Shown: positions 28,000 through 40,531 of the stretch, piece after piece
Layout of the letters: each line of letters begins with the position of its first letter
Position numbering within the stretch: position 1 is the first letter of the stretch
NCBI GenBank assembly: GCA_002269645.1
Contig: NIVC01001737.1
Span: 62,001 to 126,000, forward strand
DNA length: 64,000 bases
From: Macrostomum lignano
Taxonomy: Eukaryota
Direction of reading: 5' to 3'
The notes under the pieces: model-generated
Seen by the model: only the letters and a program-made list of their open reading frames with translations
What the model was told of the DNA's origin: nothing
Databases searched by the model: none
Translations under genes and position numbers: made by a program

Positions 28000-29930
28000 G
28001 GTTTTGAACATTTAAGACCCAACCTAACGGTTCGATACGAGAGAAACTTACATCAATTTGCACGTAAACCATGCAACCTTGCACGTATTGTACGTACGTC
28101 ACCTCAATGTGCAACTGGACTAAAAAAAACCGCACAGAGAATGCGGATGGCCGTGTATAACATTTTCCCTCCCCCAATCGAACTTTTAGACGACAGAATC
28201 CCCTTTGATCTCGTAGACCGGCCAGGGATCGATTTCGAAGGGGGTGTCCGTCTTAGAGAGCTTGACTAGCCTCCTCAAAACCTTGTCCCCGGTTTTGATG
28301 CGATGCTTTCTTACCATTTTTTTAGCACCAACGTGAATTTTCATGGCGGCCTTGTAGTCGTTGTCTCGCCTCTTGGCCGCCAACACTGGGATCCCCTTGG
28401 TTGTGCTCAGAATTCAGTCCTGCTGAACTGGCCTCTCAAACATCAGATCGGCCGGCAACGCTTCCGTGGCTCCCGTTGCGATACGTGGCGAGCCACTTTC
28501 TATAGTAGTGCAATCCACCAGTCGGTGCCTTGGGTGCTGGAGATGCGTAGAAACTTGTTAATTCAGGGGCCTGTTGATGCGCTCCATATGGTGCCATTGG
28601 CCTCAGGATGGTACGGCGAGATTCGACGGTGGCTGGTCCACTGACTCTTAATAAAACCGATGAATGCTTTTGACGAGAATGGTGGGCCGTTGTTAGTCAC
28701 GATCTGCTTTGAAATTCCAAACATTTGCTTCCATTGCCGATTGATGCACTCTGCGATGGTGGACTCCGATCGGATAGCGCAAATGGTGGTCCACAATCAC
28801 TAAAAGTTGTCGTCCGTTGATGGGACCGAGAAATTCAATTACTATGATGGACGACGATAACTCCGGCAGTTCGGTTCGTAGTAGTGAGGCCGCTGGGGCT
28901 TCAGCTTGATGATTCGCGGCGGCGCACTCTACATAGACTCTTCGCCATCATTCGTTTAGCCTCAGCCGATATTCCTGGCCACCAGAGTTTGAGTTGAGTC
29001 GCAGAAAAGTTTTTGTCTCGCCTTGGTGCCTTCTTGTGAGCTAACTAAATAACGGTCGACTGTGGAGCTTCGGAGATCACACGTCGCTGGTCTTGTTAAT
29101 AGAACTCTTGATAGCTCCGTTAGCTTCTGTCGAGCCGCGTCCTTTTGCCGATGTTTTCGTTCCGCAGATCCGAACTGCCGGTACGCAATGAGGACATTGC
29201 TGATGAAAGGAGGGGCCGTACGTTGCTTCCTTGACTTGCAGCAGATACAGTCCACTTAGTGTCGTTGGACGATGCTGTAGTTAGTGTTCAACATCTAGCC
29301 GAGGTTGACCATTTTTGGACTGGGTTCGGGCCTGCCGACTGAGAATGTCACGTGGAAATGGATGCGTGGAAATGGGCGCGAACTGCGCTAAAACATGAAG
29401 GTCAGAGGCTTATGATCGGTCACGATTGTGAAGTTTGCTACACCGCTGGGGTAGTGCCGAAACTTCTGACGTCCGTACTTGATTGCTAAGCCTCTCACTC
29501 TGTCTGCGAGTATTAGACTGGAGTGCAGACAAAGATCTACTTGCGATGCAACCGGCCAAGACGCTCCGTCGGTTGGACCACCTGGCAGAGAATTGGCACC
29601 GAGTCTTGTACAAGGACCAAGTTATATACAGTGGTCCTTGGTATTGTAGCGTTGTAGGGCTGGCGTCAACGAGGAGTTCGGTTTGGCAGCGCAAATCAAA
29701 GAATACCAGCGTAGTGTTGCATGCATGCAATGCGGTCCCGGACTGTTTGAAAGGCTTGTTGCTCGCTCCTGTCCGAGAGTCCCGGAATAAAACGACTGAT
29801 GAATTCGATCAGGCCGAGAAACGGCTCAACTGGCTGGCTGGATCCCTTTTGCGGACAACCTTTCGCCAAGAATTTGACCCCCTGAACAGCGTATTTGCAC
29901 TTTGCTAGATTTAGAGTTCGACCATTTTCT
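28000..29930 (-). mobile_element. Degenerate Gypsy LTR-retrotransposon pol remnant with PPT and start of the 3' LTR
   Basis: RT/RNase H remnants (LNLAKCKY, FLGLIEFISRFIPGLS, LLVDASP) at ~29400-29930. Integrase core QIVTNNGPPFSS...SPYHPEANG at ~28560-28800, integrase C-terminus at ~28190-28390. PPT GGGGGAGGGAAAA (28175-28163) is directly followed by TGTTATAC at 28162. Confidence 0.8.
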
Positions 29931-29944
29931 CGAAAAAGCGTTGG

Positions 29945-30075
29945 AGGCAGCTGGCTAGACGACAACTGCACCTGCGCGACAACTGCCTGCGGCGAAAACT
30001 GATTGCAGCGACAACTGCCTGCAGCGAAAACTGCCTGCGGCGACAGCTGACTGTGGAGACACTGACTGCTAGCGC
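29945..30075. repeat. Short GCGACAACTGCCTGC-type tandem repeat
   Basis: Several degenerate ~15-bp units, related to the 30326 family. Confidence 0.55.
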
Positions 30076-30325
30076 TGAGCTTGTTCATACAGAAACTCAG
30101 AGCGCAACATCATAGTTATTATTAGTAATTAACAGAAAATATCAAAATACCAAACAGAGAAATAAAAACATATTTTAGTTTTTGAATGAATTCAAAAGTA
30201 TTATTATTTTTTTAACTGCACAATTCTCAACCGACAGAACCTATTTGCTCACTTAACTTTCAGACTTTTGCATACGATCACACGTGACAAAACAAATACG
30301 CGTATATCGCGTTAACTTAAAAAAT

Positions 30326-31360
30326 GGGAGCACCCCAACTGCCAGCCGGAAAACTGCCAGCCAACAACTGCCAGCCGGAAAACTGCCAGCCAACAACTGC
30401 CAGCCGACAATTGCCAGCCGACAATTGCCAGCCGAGAAAACTGCCAACCAGAAAACTGCCAGTCGACAACTGCCAGCCGACAAGTTCTAGCTAATTAAAT
30501 CTACTGTAGCCTTCTTATTAGCTAAGTAAAAAGCACGAAACTGTTTGGCTAGCAAAAGGCTTGTGCGGTAGCATTAAATGTCGCCCTTCCCTTCCCTAAT
30601 TTTTTCAGATTTCCATTAGAAGTATATATGTGAAGGAGAAGGCATTCTGTAATGCCCATTGTGAATATTTTTGTACTGAAAGTTCATTTACTTTATTATT
30701 TAATTTGTGATTGCGATTGCTATATGACGCAATCCTAGAAAAGTCTATTAAATTACTTTACTTAAATACAGCTTTCAAAGAAAGAGCAAAGGCTACCTAA
30801 AATACGAAATTTGAACCAAGATGTTCGTGCAGGAGCCGAAAGTTGCCAGCTCTGATTCGCGCACATGCCGCACAAGCTTACAAACTTTTGTTGGCGATAA
30901 AACAAAACAACTTGTAGCTAGGCTAACTGATTTCTGTAACAAATGCAATGGCAACCTGTTTTTGCTGAATAATTAACTAATTTAATAAATAGTCAACAAA
31001 GTTGTCTACTTTCTAGCTAGATCCTGAATGCCATATTGCGGAAGATGTAGTATACGCAGGAAAATTCCGGCGTACAAACGATTTGTCTGGCGTACATCTA
31101 GCGTTTTTCTCGGCTGGCAATTGTCAGCTGGCAATTGTCGGCTGGCAGTTGTCGGCTGGCAGTTTTCTCGTCTGGCAATTGTCGGCTGGCAGTTGTCGGC
31201 TGGCAGTTGTCGACTAGCAGTTGTCGGCTGGCAGTTGTCGGCTGGCAATTGTCGGCTGGCAGTTTTCCGGCTGGCAGTTGTCGACTAGCAGTTGTCGGCT
31301 GGCAGTTGTCGGCTGGCAATTGTCGGCTGGCAGTTTTCCGGCTGGCAGTTGGGGTGGAAC
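30326..31360. mobile_element. Non-autonomous foldback element with tandem-repeat TIRs (CTGCCAGCCGACAA family)
   Basis: Left arm 30326-30485 and right arm 31090-31360 are inverted arrays of ~14-bp units; both termini contain CACCCCAACTGCCAGCCGGAAAACTGCCAGCC; flanked by TAAAAAAT on both sides (30318-30325, 31361-31368). Confidence 0.8.
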
Positions 31361-31584
31361 TAAAAAATAGAAGGATACAAAAACTACATTAAGCGTTTGA
31401 TAAAGTGAATCATTCATAAAATATCTTAGTGTTTATGTGCAGTAATAAATACGCAAAAAAGCCAGTATTTTTACATTCAACTTGTCAACACTTTGTTTTT
31501 GTCTGGAGCACCGATTTAAATTTTGTAGCACCGATTTAATTTGAATTCGCTGCACCGAATTCTATTCGAAGGCAAGTTGAAGAC

Positions 31585-32335
31585 GTATCTGTTTCCCCAT
31601 AGATATTCGTATTGATATTCAATTTCTAACAAATGCAACAAAATAAACCTACTTGTACAGCTCGGATTTGCTTGAAAATTTACAGAAAAATTATTACACA
31701 CAAAACAAACACCTCTGTGAAACTTCAAGTCCATCAGACCACGCAAAGCGGAATGGCAAGAGTTTTAAAGGTGCTCGTATTTATAATGCATTGTATATGC
31801 GCACAGTGTATAACATGTATGCCCATTTGCAATACTTGTACAGCTCGGATTTGCATGAAAATTTACAGAAAAATTATTACACACAAAACAAACATCTTTG
31901 TGAAACTTCAAGTCCATCAGACCACGCAAAGCGGAATGGCAAGAGTTTTAAAGGTGCTCGTATTTATAATGCATTGTATATGCGCACAGTGTATAACATG
32001 TATGCTCATTTGCAACACTTGTACAGCTCGGATTTGCATGAAAATTTACAGAAAAATTATTACACACAAAACAAACATCTTTGTGAAACTTCAAGTCCAT
32101 CAGACCACGCAAAGCGGAATGGCAAGAGTTTTAAAGGTGCTCGTATTTATAATGCATTGTATATGCGCACAGTGTATAACATGTATGCTCATTTGCAATA
32201 CTTGTACAGCTCGGATTTGCATGAAAATTTACAGAAAAATTATTACACACAAAACAAACATCTTTGTGAAACTTCAAGTCCATCAGACCACGCAAAGCGG
32301 AATGGCAAGAGTTTTTTTAAGGTGCTCGTATATCG
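31585..32335 (+). repeat. Left TIR: ~67-bp unique end plus ~3.7 x 183-bp units
   Basis: Units start at 31652, 31835, 32018 and 32201. Confidence 0.9.
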
Positions 32336-33724
32336 TATATTTATATGATGCACATATAGCTTGCTAGCTCGTAAGCGCGATGCAACGCGAAGTGCAATAC
32401 CTGCATATAGGCCCGTATATTATACATGTTACATGTACCCAGCTCATGCATGCGTGACTGCGAATTATGTCGGCACTGTTTTGGTGAGTATTCCACTCAC
32501 GTTGCAAATGTAAAATTCAATTAGCAGAATGTAATTTTCATTGCTATTAATGCAAATAGCTATTGTCCACAAACATTTCTGTTGTTAACCCTATACCAAT
32601 TCAGTCTCTGATCGTAGCTGCGTAATAAGTCATAAGTCTGAATTACTAACGCGAGCCAAATATTGCATGTACATGTATAAGCCAGCCCTGTGAAGCGCAG
32701 GTGCCAATTGTAGACTCCTCTTGGCTTGGCACGCAAGCCTAGCACAAAAATAACGCAACATTTGGCCTAATTTCTACACCACTCTATGCAACCGTTGGGA
32801 TATGCAGCTTGGGTTAAAAATACAAACTTGTTTCGAAATTTTCAAAGTGCCAGTCGCTGAGAACTTTTGATGTATTTAGTATTACATGTTACGTACATGT
32901 GCATTTATGTATATGCACGCGTGGTACTTCTAATAACATCAATAAAAGCGTGGACAGTTTTGATGAAATGCATGTAACCAATAAAAAGGTTATAACAGGA
33001 ATTTAAATTACAACAAAGATGAATACTTAAATAGATTTACATACAAAATGTACTGAACAGTTCGGCTCATAATCGCTCTATACCAACCATTAGATCGAGC
33101 ATGTGTTCCCTAATAATATTACTCTTAGTAGTCATCACGCTGTTGTCAAGCTCTCGATTAAATCGGAGCCACAAAGATCCACTGTGGCGAGAGGTCCTAC
33201 TTTTAGTGTAGAAGAGGCCCGATTGAAAACCCTGAGAAGTCCCATGAAAGTTGCAAACTGAACTATTTAAATGAGCGCTGCTCCACTCTCTGAAAGAATA
33301 TCGAACACCTGCATGGGCCGCGGTTAGAGCCCCCTGTTTTGTTCGAGTGGGAATGGTTGTTCGCCTGTTCATGTCCATGTCGGTCGATCCCCAATTCGAG
33401 TGGTCCTTAGCATAAATTGATTATATTGCATTCCATGGCTCGTAATCGAACATCTGCATAGGGGGATGAAAAAAGCGGGCGAACAAACAAAAACAACGGG
33501 ATGGGAGGGCGGCCATACATATTTTTCTAGTCAGAAAATTAGCAGCAAAAAGCAGCAGCCTCACGACCCTTCTGTACATGGAAGATTGGCCGTCGCGACT
33601 GCCACAGGTGCACTCAGAACCAGATCTAGAGAACCTCTTGCTCCAAAAATAAGGAACTGGAGAGATCCATTTACGAGTAATGGCGACATTCACGTACATG
33701 TACAGTTGTGTAAAAATCAAGTAA

Positions 33725-36700
33725 CTAATGCGAAAACATGTCTTTGCACGTTGCGCAACAAAAACCTGGATCGGTCGACCCTTCGACGCATTCTGTGTGA
33801 TACCAACGAAGACAGGAGGGACATTCAATCTAGAAATGAAGGGGTGAGCGAAAATTAACCGCATTATGCTGTAAGCACAACTCGACTGCATATTCGATCG
33901 ACTGCATCTTAAGCTGGAGTTCAATCTGTATGACTGCTTTAAGCAATCTGCTTGGCAAAAGTGAAATTCGTAGTTAAAAAAATAAAAAAAGGAAAATTAC
34001 TCGTATTTTACCCAATTTATGCGACGACTAACGCCCGAAGCGTCAGGTTCTGTGTTGCTACAGGCTGAGCACTCTTCCTGCGTTCCTCCATAGCTGTAGG
34101 CCTGGATCACATTCCAGATATACTGTCTGTATCTTCCGAGAGCCGTCGGATTGTTCTTGAACCGGAGACCAGAACCAAGAGCTAATGCCCTAGCGTACAG
34201 GCATACAAACACTCCGCAACTATGACCATCAGATTGCATTGTTCTCGACATTGTGGCCAGCTCATATGGCTTCGATGTGCTGCTGGTGAATACCGGAGCG
34301 CTTTGGTCAACAAATGCCATTATTCCATCGGAAGCCAATATGCGGCTAGAAAGTTAACAGAAATTTTACAGATTTGCCACATCAGTACTTAAGTTCACTT
34401 TTATTTATTCTCTGGACATGTACACAAACTATTGTACTCACTTCCATTTGCGAATTAGAACATGAAACTCTTGCTTCTCTTGCGCATTACGCCGAATCGA
34501 ATCCAGCACAAAGACCTTTCGTTCAACGCCGCAAATAACGATCAAGTAAAAATGCCCGCTGTTTAAAATAGGCACGATTATTTGATTCAGGCCCTGCAAC
34601 ATCAAGAGAGCAAATAATTTTATACCTCAAATTGGTGCATGCGTAAGATTTTCATTGAGAATTCACTACAAGTGTACAAATTTATTTTGCATCAAAAACG
34701 ACATTATTGTTTCATTAACAGAACTTGCCTTCCATCCGAGAGTTCTTCTCAGCAAGTTCTGGACTCCATCGTTGAACTTATCTCCTGATAGATTCAATAT
34801 GTAGTAAAAGTCGCCCTCACTTATTACAATCCTTTGGGCGTTGTTCGATGTGATAGCAGTGCAATAGGCCAATAAAATCTATCGCGAGTAATGCAAGAGG
34901 GACAGGAAAAGATAATGGTGAAAATAGGTCATAAGTCAACTGAATTTTCTATTGTAAGTATTTACGTATACTTACTTAAGTATTTATTGTAAGTAAGTAA
35001 GTATTTATGAAAATACTTACCGTGTAGTCTAACAGGTTGCTTCCCAACAAACTTTGACGATGCTCTTGCGTTACGGGAATATCCGTTCCAGAGCCAGGAA
35101 GGGTGAAGAGAATCTGGCTATTATCGCTTTGCACCGTTCTTCCTTTCTGCCGCGTGCTCCTCTTGCTTTGCCACCTGCTTCTACTGTTATCTGCGGTTCC
35201 ATTTTGACTGGAATTTTTATTGGGTCTGTTCCTACCAGCTGTGCATCCCGGAAGTTTTGATTTTGGGTTGCTCTGTTGGGACTGACTGCTACTCTTTTCC
35301 GTTTCGTCAGGATCGGCGACATTAGCAAAATACTGATTGCTACTAGTATCTGAGTATCTTGAACGCTTGCTATTTCTCGACCTTTTTTGCCAACCTTCAG
35401 TTGCAGCTTCTTCTGAGATTGATGACTTCCTTTTTCTGCAAAAACTTGGAGCAGGTACTTTGCTCGAGATGGTGCACTCTGAAACTCTACGAAGTACAAA
35501 GGGTACATAATTCTCTACGAAGGTACTCAGCCTGGACTTGGTGTTAAATCGACTTTTCACAGAAGAAAACCAACTCTCCACATGAGCATTTGAGTAAAAA
35601 GACTTTGAATTTTTAGCAATCAAATGATTCCATGTAAATATAGCCCATAGAGGGAGGATGGACAGGTATCTAAGCAAGAAAAAGTTTATCAATCGAGGGT
35701 TGTAGAATTCATTATCTGTCAGATGCGAATGACCGGTTTTATGCGCGAGAGTATTTTGAATTGTGGTAAATTCCTTTTTAAAGTATTCGTAGTATGGAGA
35801 ATTTTTCAGTATCGCGTCACCTTCCGCGTTCATACTTGCATGATCCTTGTCTTGAAGTATAAATGAGTCTTTGTTGATTGATTCGGAATACTCTGGAACA
35901 TGGCCATCTCTCAGAAAATTTGCTACCCTAGTTCTAGCAGCAACGGTTTGCTCGGCATACGGAGATCCAAATATAATAAGCGTGTCCATGATGAAGTTGA
36001 CGGATAGTTTTTGCGTACTGGAATACTGAATTAAAGAAAATAACTTCAAAAATAGCTGACGGCTTCGCTGGTTCAAGGAGTGTTTTTTGCAGTGGTCCGA
36101 AATTGACTTTATAATATGATTGCTACACAGAAAAACGCCATATTGAATCTCGCTAGGGGTGTCCGTAATAAAGTAATTGTAATGCATTTGGATGTACGTT
36201 GTCACGTCCGTGTGGTGGAAGTCTAAGCATGAATGAATTTGCGCCCATGAAAAGTCGGAAATAAAAAGAATATTTAGGTCAACAGAAAAAGGTGAGTTTA
36301 CACAGTGCAGAATTCTATGGCGGAGGAGTTTTAGAAAGTGAGAAATGGATGCAACGTTATGGGAGTCTGTAATCATATTCCCAACTGGCGACGATGGAAC
36401 AGAATCAGTAGCAGTTGTGATGACAGAATAGAGTAGAACAGGATGAGGTGAACAGTTTTTTTCTATTAACGAGCCAGTAGCGTCGATATGCAGCACTGTT
36501 GGAGTACGAGCTGACATAATTGCTCTAAGAAGCTGTATTTCAAGGTTGGACAATAATACAACACGTAGTGGATCTAAACTACGCTCCATTATGACTCCAG
36601 GAAAAATCGGATGCGGATATCGAAGTTTAAAAATGTCTTGTAGACCTCCAAGCTCAACAAAAAGAACAGAGTGTAACCTCTCGTCTTTCTCCATTTTACT

Positions 36701-37690
36701 TTTTAAATTATACATCACAGTTTTGGTTTTGCACGCATCAAAGTTGCACGACAGAATGAATGGTAAATTTTCGATCGCAAGAAAGCGTCTTCTGAATGCT
36801 TCAACGGCACCGGCCTCTTTTATATCGTCGTAAATTTCACGTTTTTCTGATTCGGTCGTTCTACGAAAACAACTAGCCGTAGCATCTTGATGGTTTAACC
36901 TTCCCGTGATAATAACCTCCCAAGACCATGTTGTTCCGTCAACACGTGGTGGTCTTCTCATTATTAAAGCGTAATTTCTTCTGCATCCTTCAATTTTGCA
37001 TTCCGCTCTAATTGTCCAAAAATTCTGCTTACTTTTTCTTGAATTCTGCTTTCGAATGTGATTATAGCCCGTCATCCTCAAACAGCACGTAGCGACTTGT
37101 CGCATAGCACGGCAAACTGCTTCATTAAGAAAACTTTTTGAAAACGTATACTTTGGTCCAGATTGACTATCTTCCACCGATAGGTTAATTTTGCAGATAT
37201 CACTCTCCGATAGTTCGATCCGATTCTCCCCAGTTTCATCAGAACTTTCCTCAACTTCTGGTGGTTGTTCGTTTGACGTCGATTGTGATGAGCTTGTAGC
37301 ATTCAAATCTACTTGTACACGCGTTGTTCTCTCTTCTCTATTCTCTGCGTTGCAAAAATCTTCGCTTTTCTGTCCATCGTCGTTTTCTACTATAGGGTCG
37401 CTGGGTTCATAAATCGTTTTATCAGCCTGACGTCTCCCGTTTAACGTTGAATGTTTTTGGCCAGCTGTATTATATGCACGTCTATTTTTCGATCTCTGAG
37501 CTTTCTTTCCTTGGACTTTTCCAGTCGGTTTATTTTTCTTGCTCTTCTGGCTACATGCACTGTTGGAACGTCCTGCAGCATCAGTCGTCTCAGTTGACTG
37601 GGGTACATGTAGCGACCTATTCATTAGACCCCAAAGATATACCCGCGATCGCAGTCGGTTTCGAATTTTGAGTGCCCGACATAAGAACAC
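33725..37690 (-). CDS. MULE/Rehavkus-type transposase fused to a Ulp1 (C48) cysteine protease and a PHD finger, 5 exons, ~1136 aa
   Basis: Exons 37690-35021, 34878-34729 (GC donor), 34593-34442, 34345-34012, 33829-33725 (sum 3411 nt, phases consistent). DDE: LHIDATG, ISDFSWA, LCSNH (CxxH), NAHVESWF. Ulp1 triad: SGHFYL, VLDSI, QSDGHSCGVF. PHD: CSAC..NW|IECPSC..WYHTEC..CATC. The start codon is uncertain. Confidence 0.85.
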
Positions 37691-38374
37691 ATAAAGTGGT
37701 GTAGAGTGACGAAAGCCAGTTGGAGGAGGATAAATTCTACTGGCTTCTACCAGGACAGATTGAGCCTAAAATAGGAATAACCCATTTAAAATTACGGATA
37801 AAGATCCAGTTTCGACATTGCATGCATTCAGAAAGTTATGAAACTGCAAATACCTGCTCTTTTGATGGCAGTCCAAAACAGAAAGTTACTAGAATTGTGG
37901 TCAGTACTACGAAGAAAAATACGAGTCCACGAGTCCACATATTTGAAAAATTCAATGGTCAGTTAAGTTATTGCTTATATAGAATCTAGTATTCGTTCAA
38001 GAGAAAATGAGAAAATTTACTTAGAATTGAAATTAAAGAAGCAACTAGTAAGTGGGACGCAGGGACCAAGCGTGCAGGTCTACATTTATCAGAGATTAAA
38101 CTAAAAGAGAGGGGTGGGGAGTGTGCTGATAGAAAAATAGGGGTGGGTGCGCGACTAAAGAAAGAGACGATAATAAATAGCCAATCAGAATGCAGCAAGG
38201 GAGAGAGATAGCTGGACAGAGAGGCAAAAAACAGTAAACAGGACGAGTGCACATGAACTGAAGATAGATATAAGAAAGTAGCTACGCAATATAGGTTGTT
38301 AGACTGCTGGAGTGCAGTGGAGCTGGAGATACACAAATTCCTCTCAGGGCTGCAAATTGGAGGAGAAAGAAGAG

Positions 38375-38439
38375 AGATGAAATGAGGAGAAGAGAGAGTA
38401 GAAAGTAGAGATGAGAGAGATGAGATGAGACAGAGAGAG

Positions 38440-38528
<89 letters not shown>

Positions 38529-38715
38529 AGGAGATAGATGAGATGGGAGAGAGAGGGAAGAGGAGAAAGTAGAGATGAGAGAGAAGAGAGTAGAGATTAG
38601 AGAGTGGAGAGAGAGGAGAGAGGAGAAAGTAGAGATGAGAGAGAAGAGATTAGAGATTAGAGAGTGGAGAGAGAGGAGAGAAGAGACTGGAAGAGAGGAG
38701 TCATAAGAGGGGAAA
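38375..38715. repeat. (GA)n microsatellite and purine-rich tract inside the transposon
   Basis: Pure GA run at ~38443-38524, flanked by degenerate GAGA/GATGA repeats. Confidence 0.95.
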
Positions 38716-38761
38716 GAAAATAGTACAATATTAAAATAAATTAATAAATTAAAATAGTAAT

Positions 38762-40029
38762 ATTCCGCTTTGCGTGGTCTGATGGACTTGAAGTTTCACA
38801 GAGGTGTTTGTTTTGTGTGTAATAATTTTTCTGTAAATTTTCATGCAAATCCGAGCTGTACAAGTGTTGCAAATGGGCATACATGTTATACACTGTGCGC
38901 ATATACAATGCATTATAAATACGAGCACCTTTAAAACTCTTGCCATTCCGCTTTGCGTGGTCTGATGGACTTGAAGTTTCACAGAGGTGTTTGTTTTGTG
39001 TGTAATAATTTTTCTGTAAATTTTCATGCAAATCCGAGCTGTACAAGTGTTGCAAATGGGCATACATGTTATACACTGTGCGCATATACAATGCATTATA
39101 AATACGAGCACCTTTAAAACTCTTGCCATTCCGCTTTGCGTGGTCTGATGGACTTGAAGTTTCACAGAGGTGTTTGTTTTGTGTGTAATAATTTTTCTGT
39201 AAATTTTCATGCAAATCCGAGCTGTACAAGTGTTGCAAATGGGCATACATGTTATACACTGTGCGCATATACAATGCATTATAAATACGAGCACCTTTAA
39301 AACTCTTGCCATTCCGCTTTGCGTGGTCTGATGGACTTGAAGTTTCACAGAGGTGTTTGTTTTGTGTGTAATAATTTTTCTGTAAATTTTCATGCAAATC
39401 CGAGCTGTACAAGTGTTGCAAATGGGCATACATGTTATACACTGTGCGCATATACAATGCATTATAAATACGAGCACCTTTAAAACTCTTGCCATTCCGC
39501 TTTGCGTGGTCTGATGGACTTGAAGTTTCACAGAGGTGTTTGTTTTGTGTGTAATAATTTTTCTGTAAATTTTCATGCAAATCCGAGCTGTACAAGTGTT
39601 GCAAATGGGCATACATGTTATACACTGTGCGCATATACAATGCATTATAAATACGAGCACCTTTAAAACTCTTGCCATTCCGCTTTGCGTGGTCTGATGG
39701 ACTTGAAGTTTCACAGAGGTGTTTGTTTTGTGTGTAATAATTTTTCTGTAAATTTTCATGCAAATCCGAGCTGTACAAGTGTTGCAAATGGGCATACATG
39801 TTATACACTGTGCGCATATACAATGCATTATAAATACGAGCACCTTTAAAACTCTTGCCATTCCGCTTTGCGTGGTCTGATGGACTTGAAGTTTCACAGA
39901 GGTGTTTGTTTTGTGTGTAATAATTTTTCTGTAAATTTTCATGCAAATCCGAGCTGTACAAGTAGGTTTATTTTGTTGCATTTGTTAGAAATTGAATATC
40001 AATACGAATATCTATGGGGAAACAGATAC
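38762..40029 (-). repeat. Right TIR: ~6.6 near-identical 183-bp units plus the unique end
   Basis: Reverse complement of the 31585-32335 array. Confidence 0.9.
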
Positions 40030-40531
40030 GTTACGATATGTTGTGTTGAATAAATTGCCACAATTGTTGCTGCGGCCTGCGGCTGGGATAATATACTATC
40101 CTTGTGTATTAATCACGCGTGCATGAACTGGCTGTAGTTGTATTTAATTTTAGCTACCTGGTCCTAGACTAGACGTAGTCAGTAAACAAACCACGTAAGC
40201 AGAGCAAAGAGCAAGTTGACCTTACCAGAAAACAAGTTGGATTCCGTCATAAATTTTACCCTCGTCTTATCTGTGCTTTTTAATTTTGATACTTCTTTAA
40301 TATTCGCAGTACTGATTTTCTAAGTCTCGGATATCAAATATTTTTTTCTTATTATCAGCATTCTATAAATTAATAAAATAGGCCTGCCTTTGCCTAAGAC
40401 TAAGTGGCTTAGTTGAGTTATTTACATAGGTCTACCACATTGATATATTTTTCTTTTTCACCAAGATAGAAGATACTTATAGATTAGAATAGCAAGAAGG
40501 TTTAGGCCTACATTGCCCTAATTAGTTTATT

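Larger units (their letters stand above)
31585..40029 (-). mobile_element. Mutator-superfamily foldback transposon, Rehavkus/FB-NOF-like, apparently autonomous (~8.4 kb)
   Basis: Inverted termini GTATCTGTTTCCCCATAGATATTCGTATTG... at 31585 and 40029, each continuing into an array of 183-bp units. Encodes an internal spliced DDE transposase-Ulp1-PHD gene. No TSD recognised. Confidence 0.85.

Noticed and set aside
31633-39981. Long ORFs in the 183-bp arrays (31633-32367, 31653-32348, 38741-39961, 38749-39981) as genes, or the arrays as CRISPR
   Set aside because: They arise because a stop-free 183-bp unit repeats in frame. Units are contiguous with no unique spacers, there are no cas genes, and the context is eukaryotic.
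31570-40045. 9-bp TSD for the Rehavkus-like element
   Set aside because: The flanks GTTGAAGAC and GTTACGATA share only 3 bases, so no TSD is claimed; the boundaries rest on TIR symmetry.
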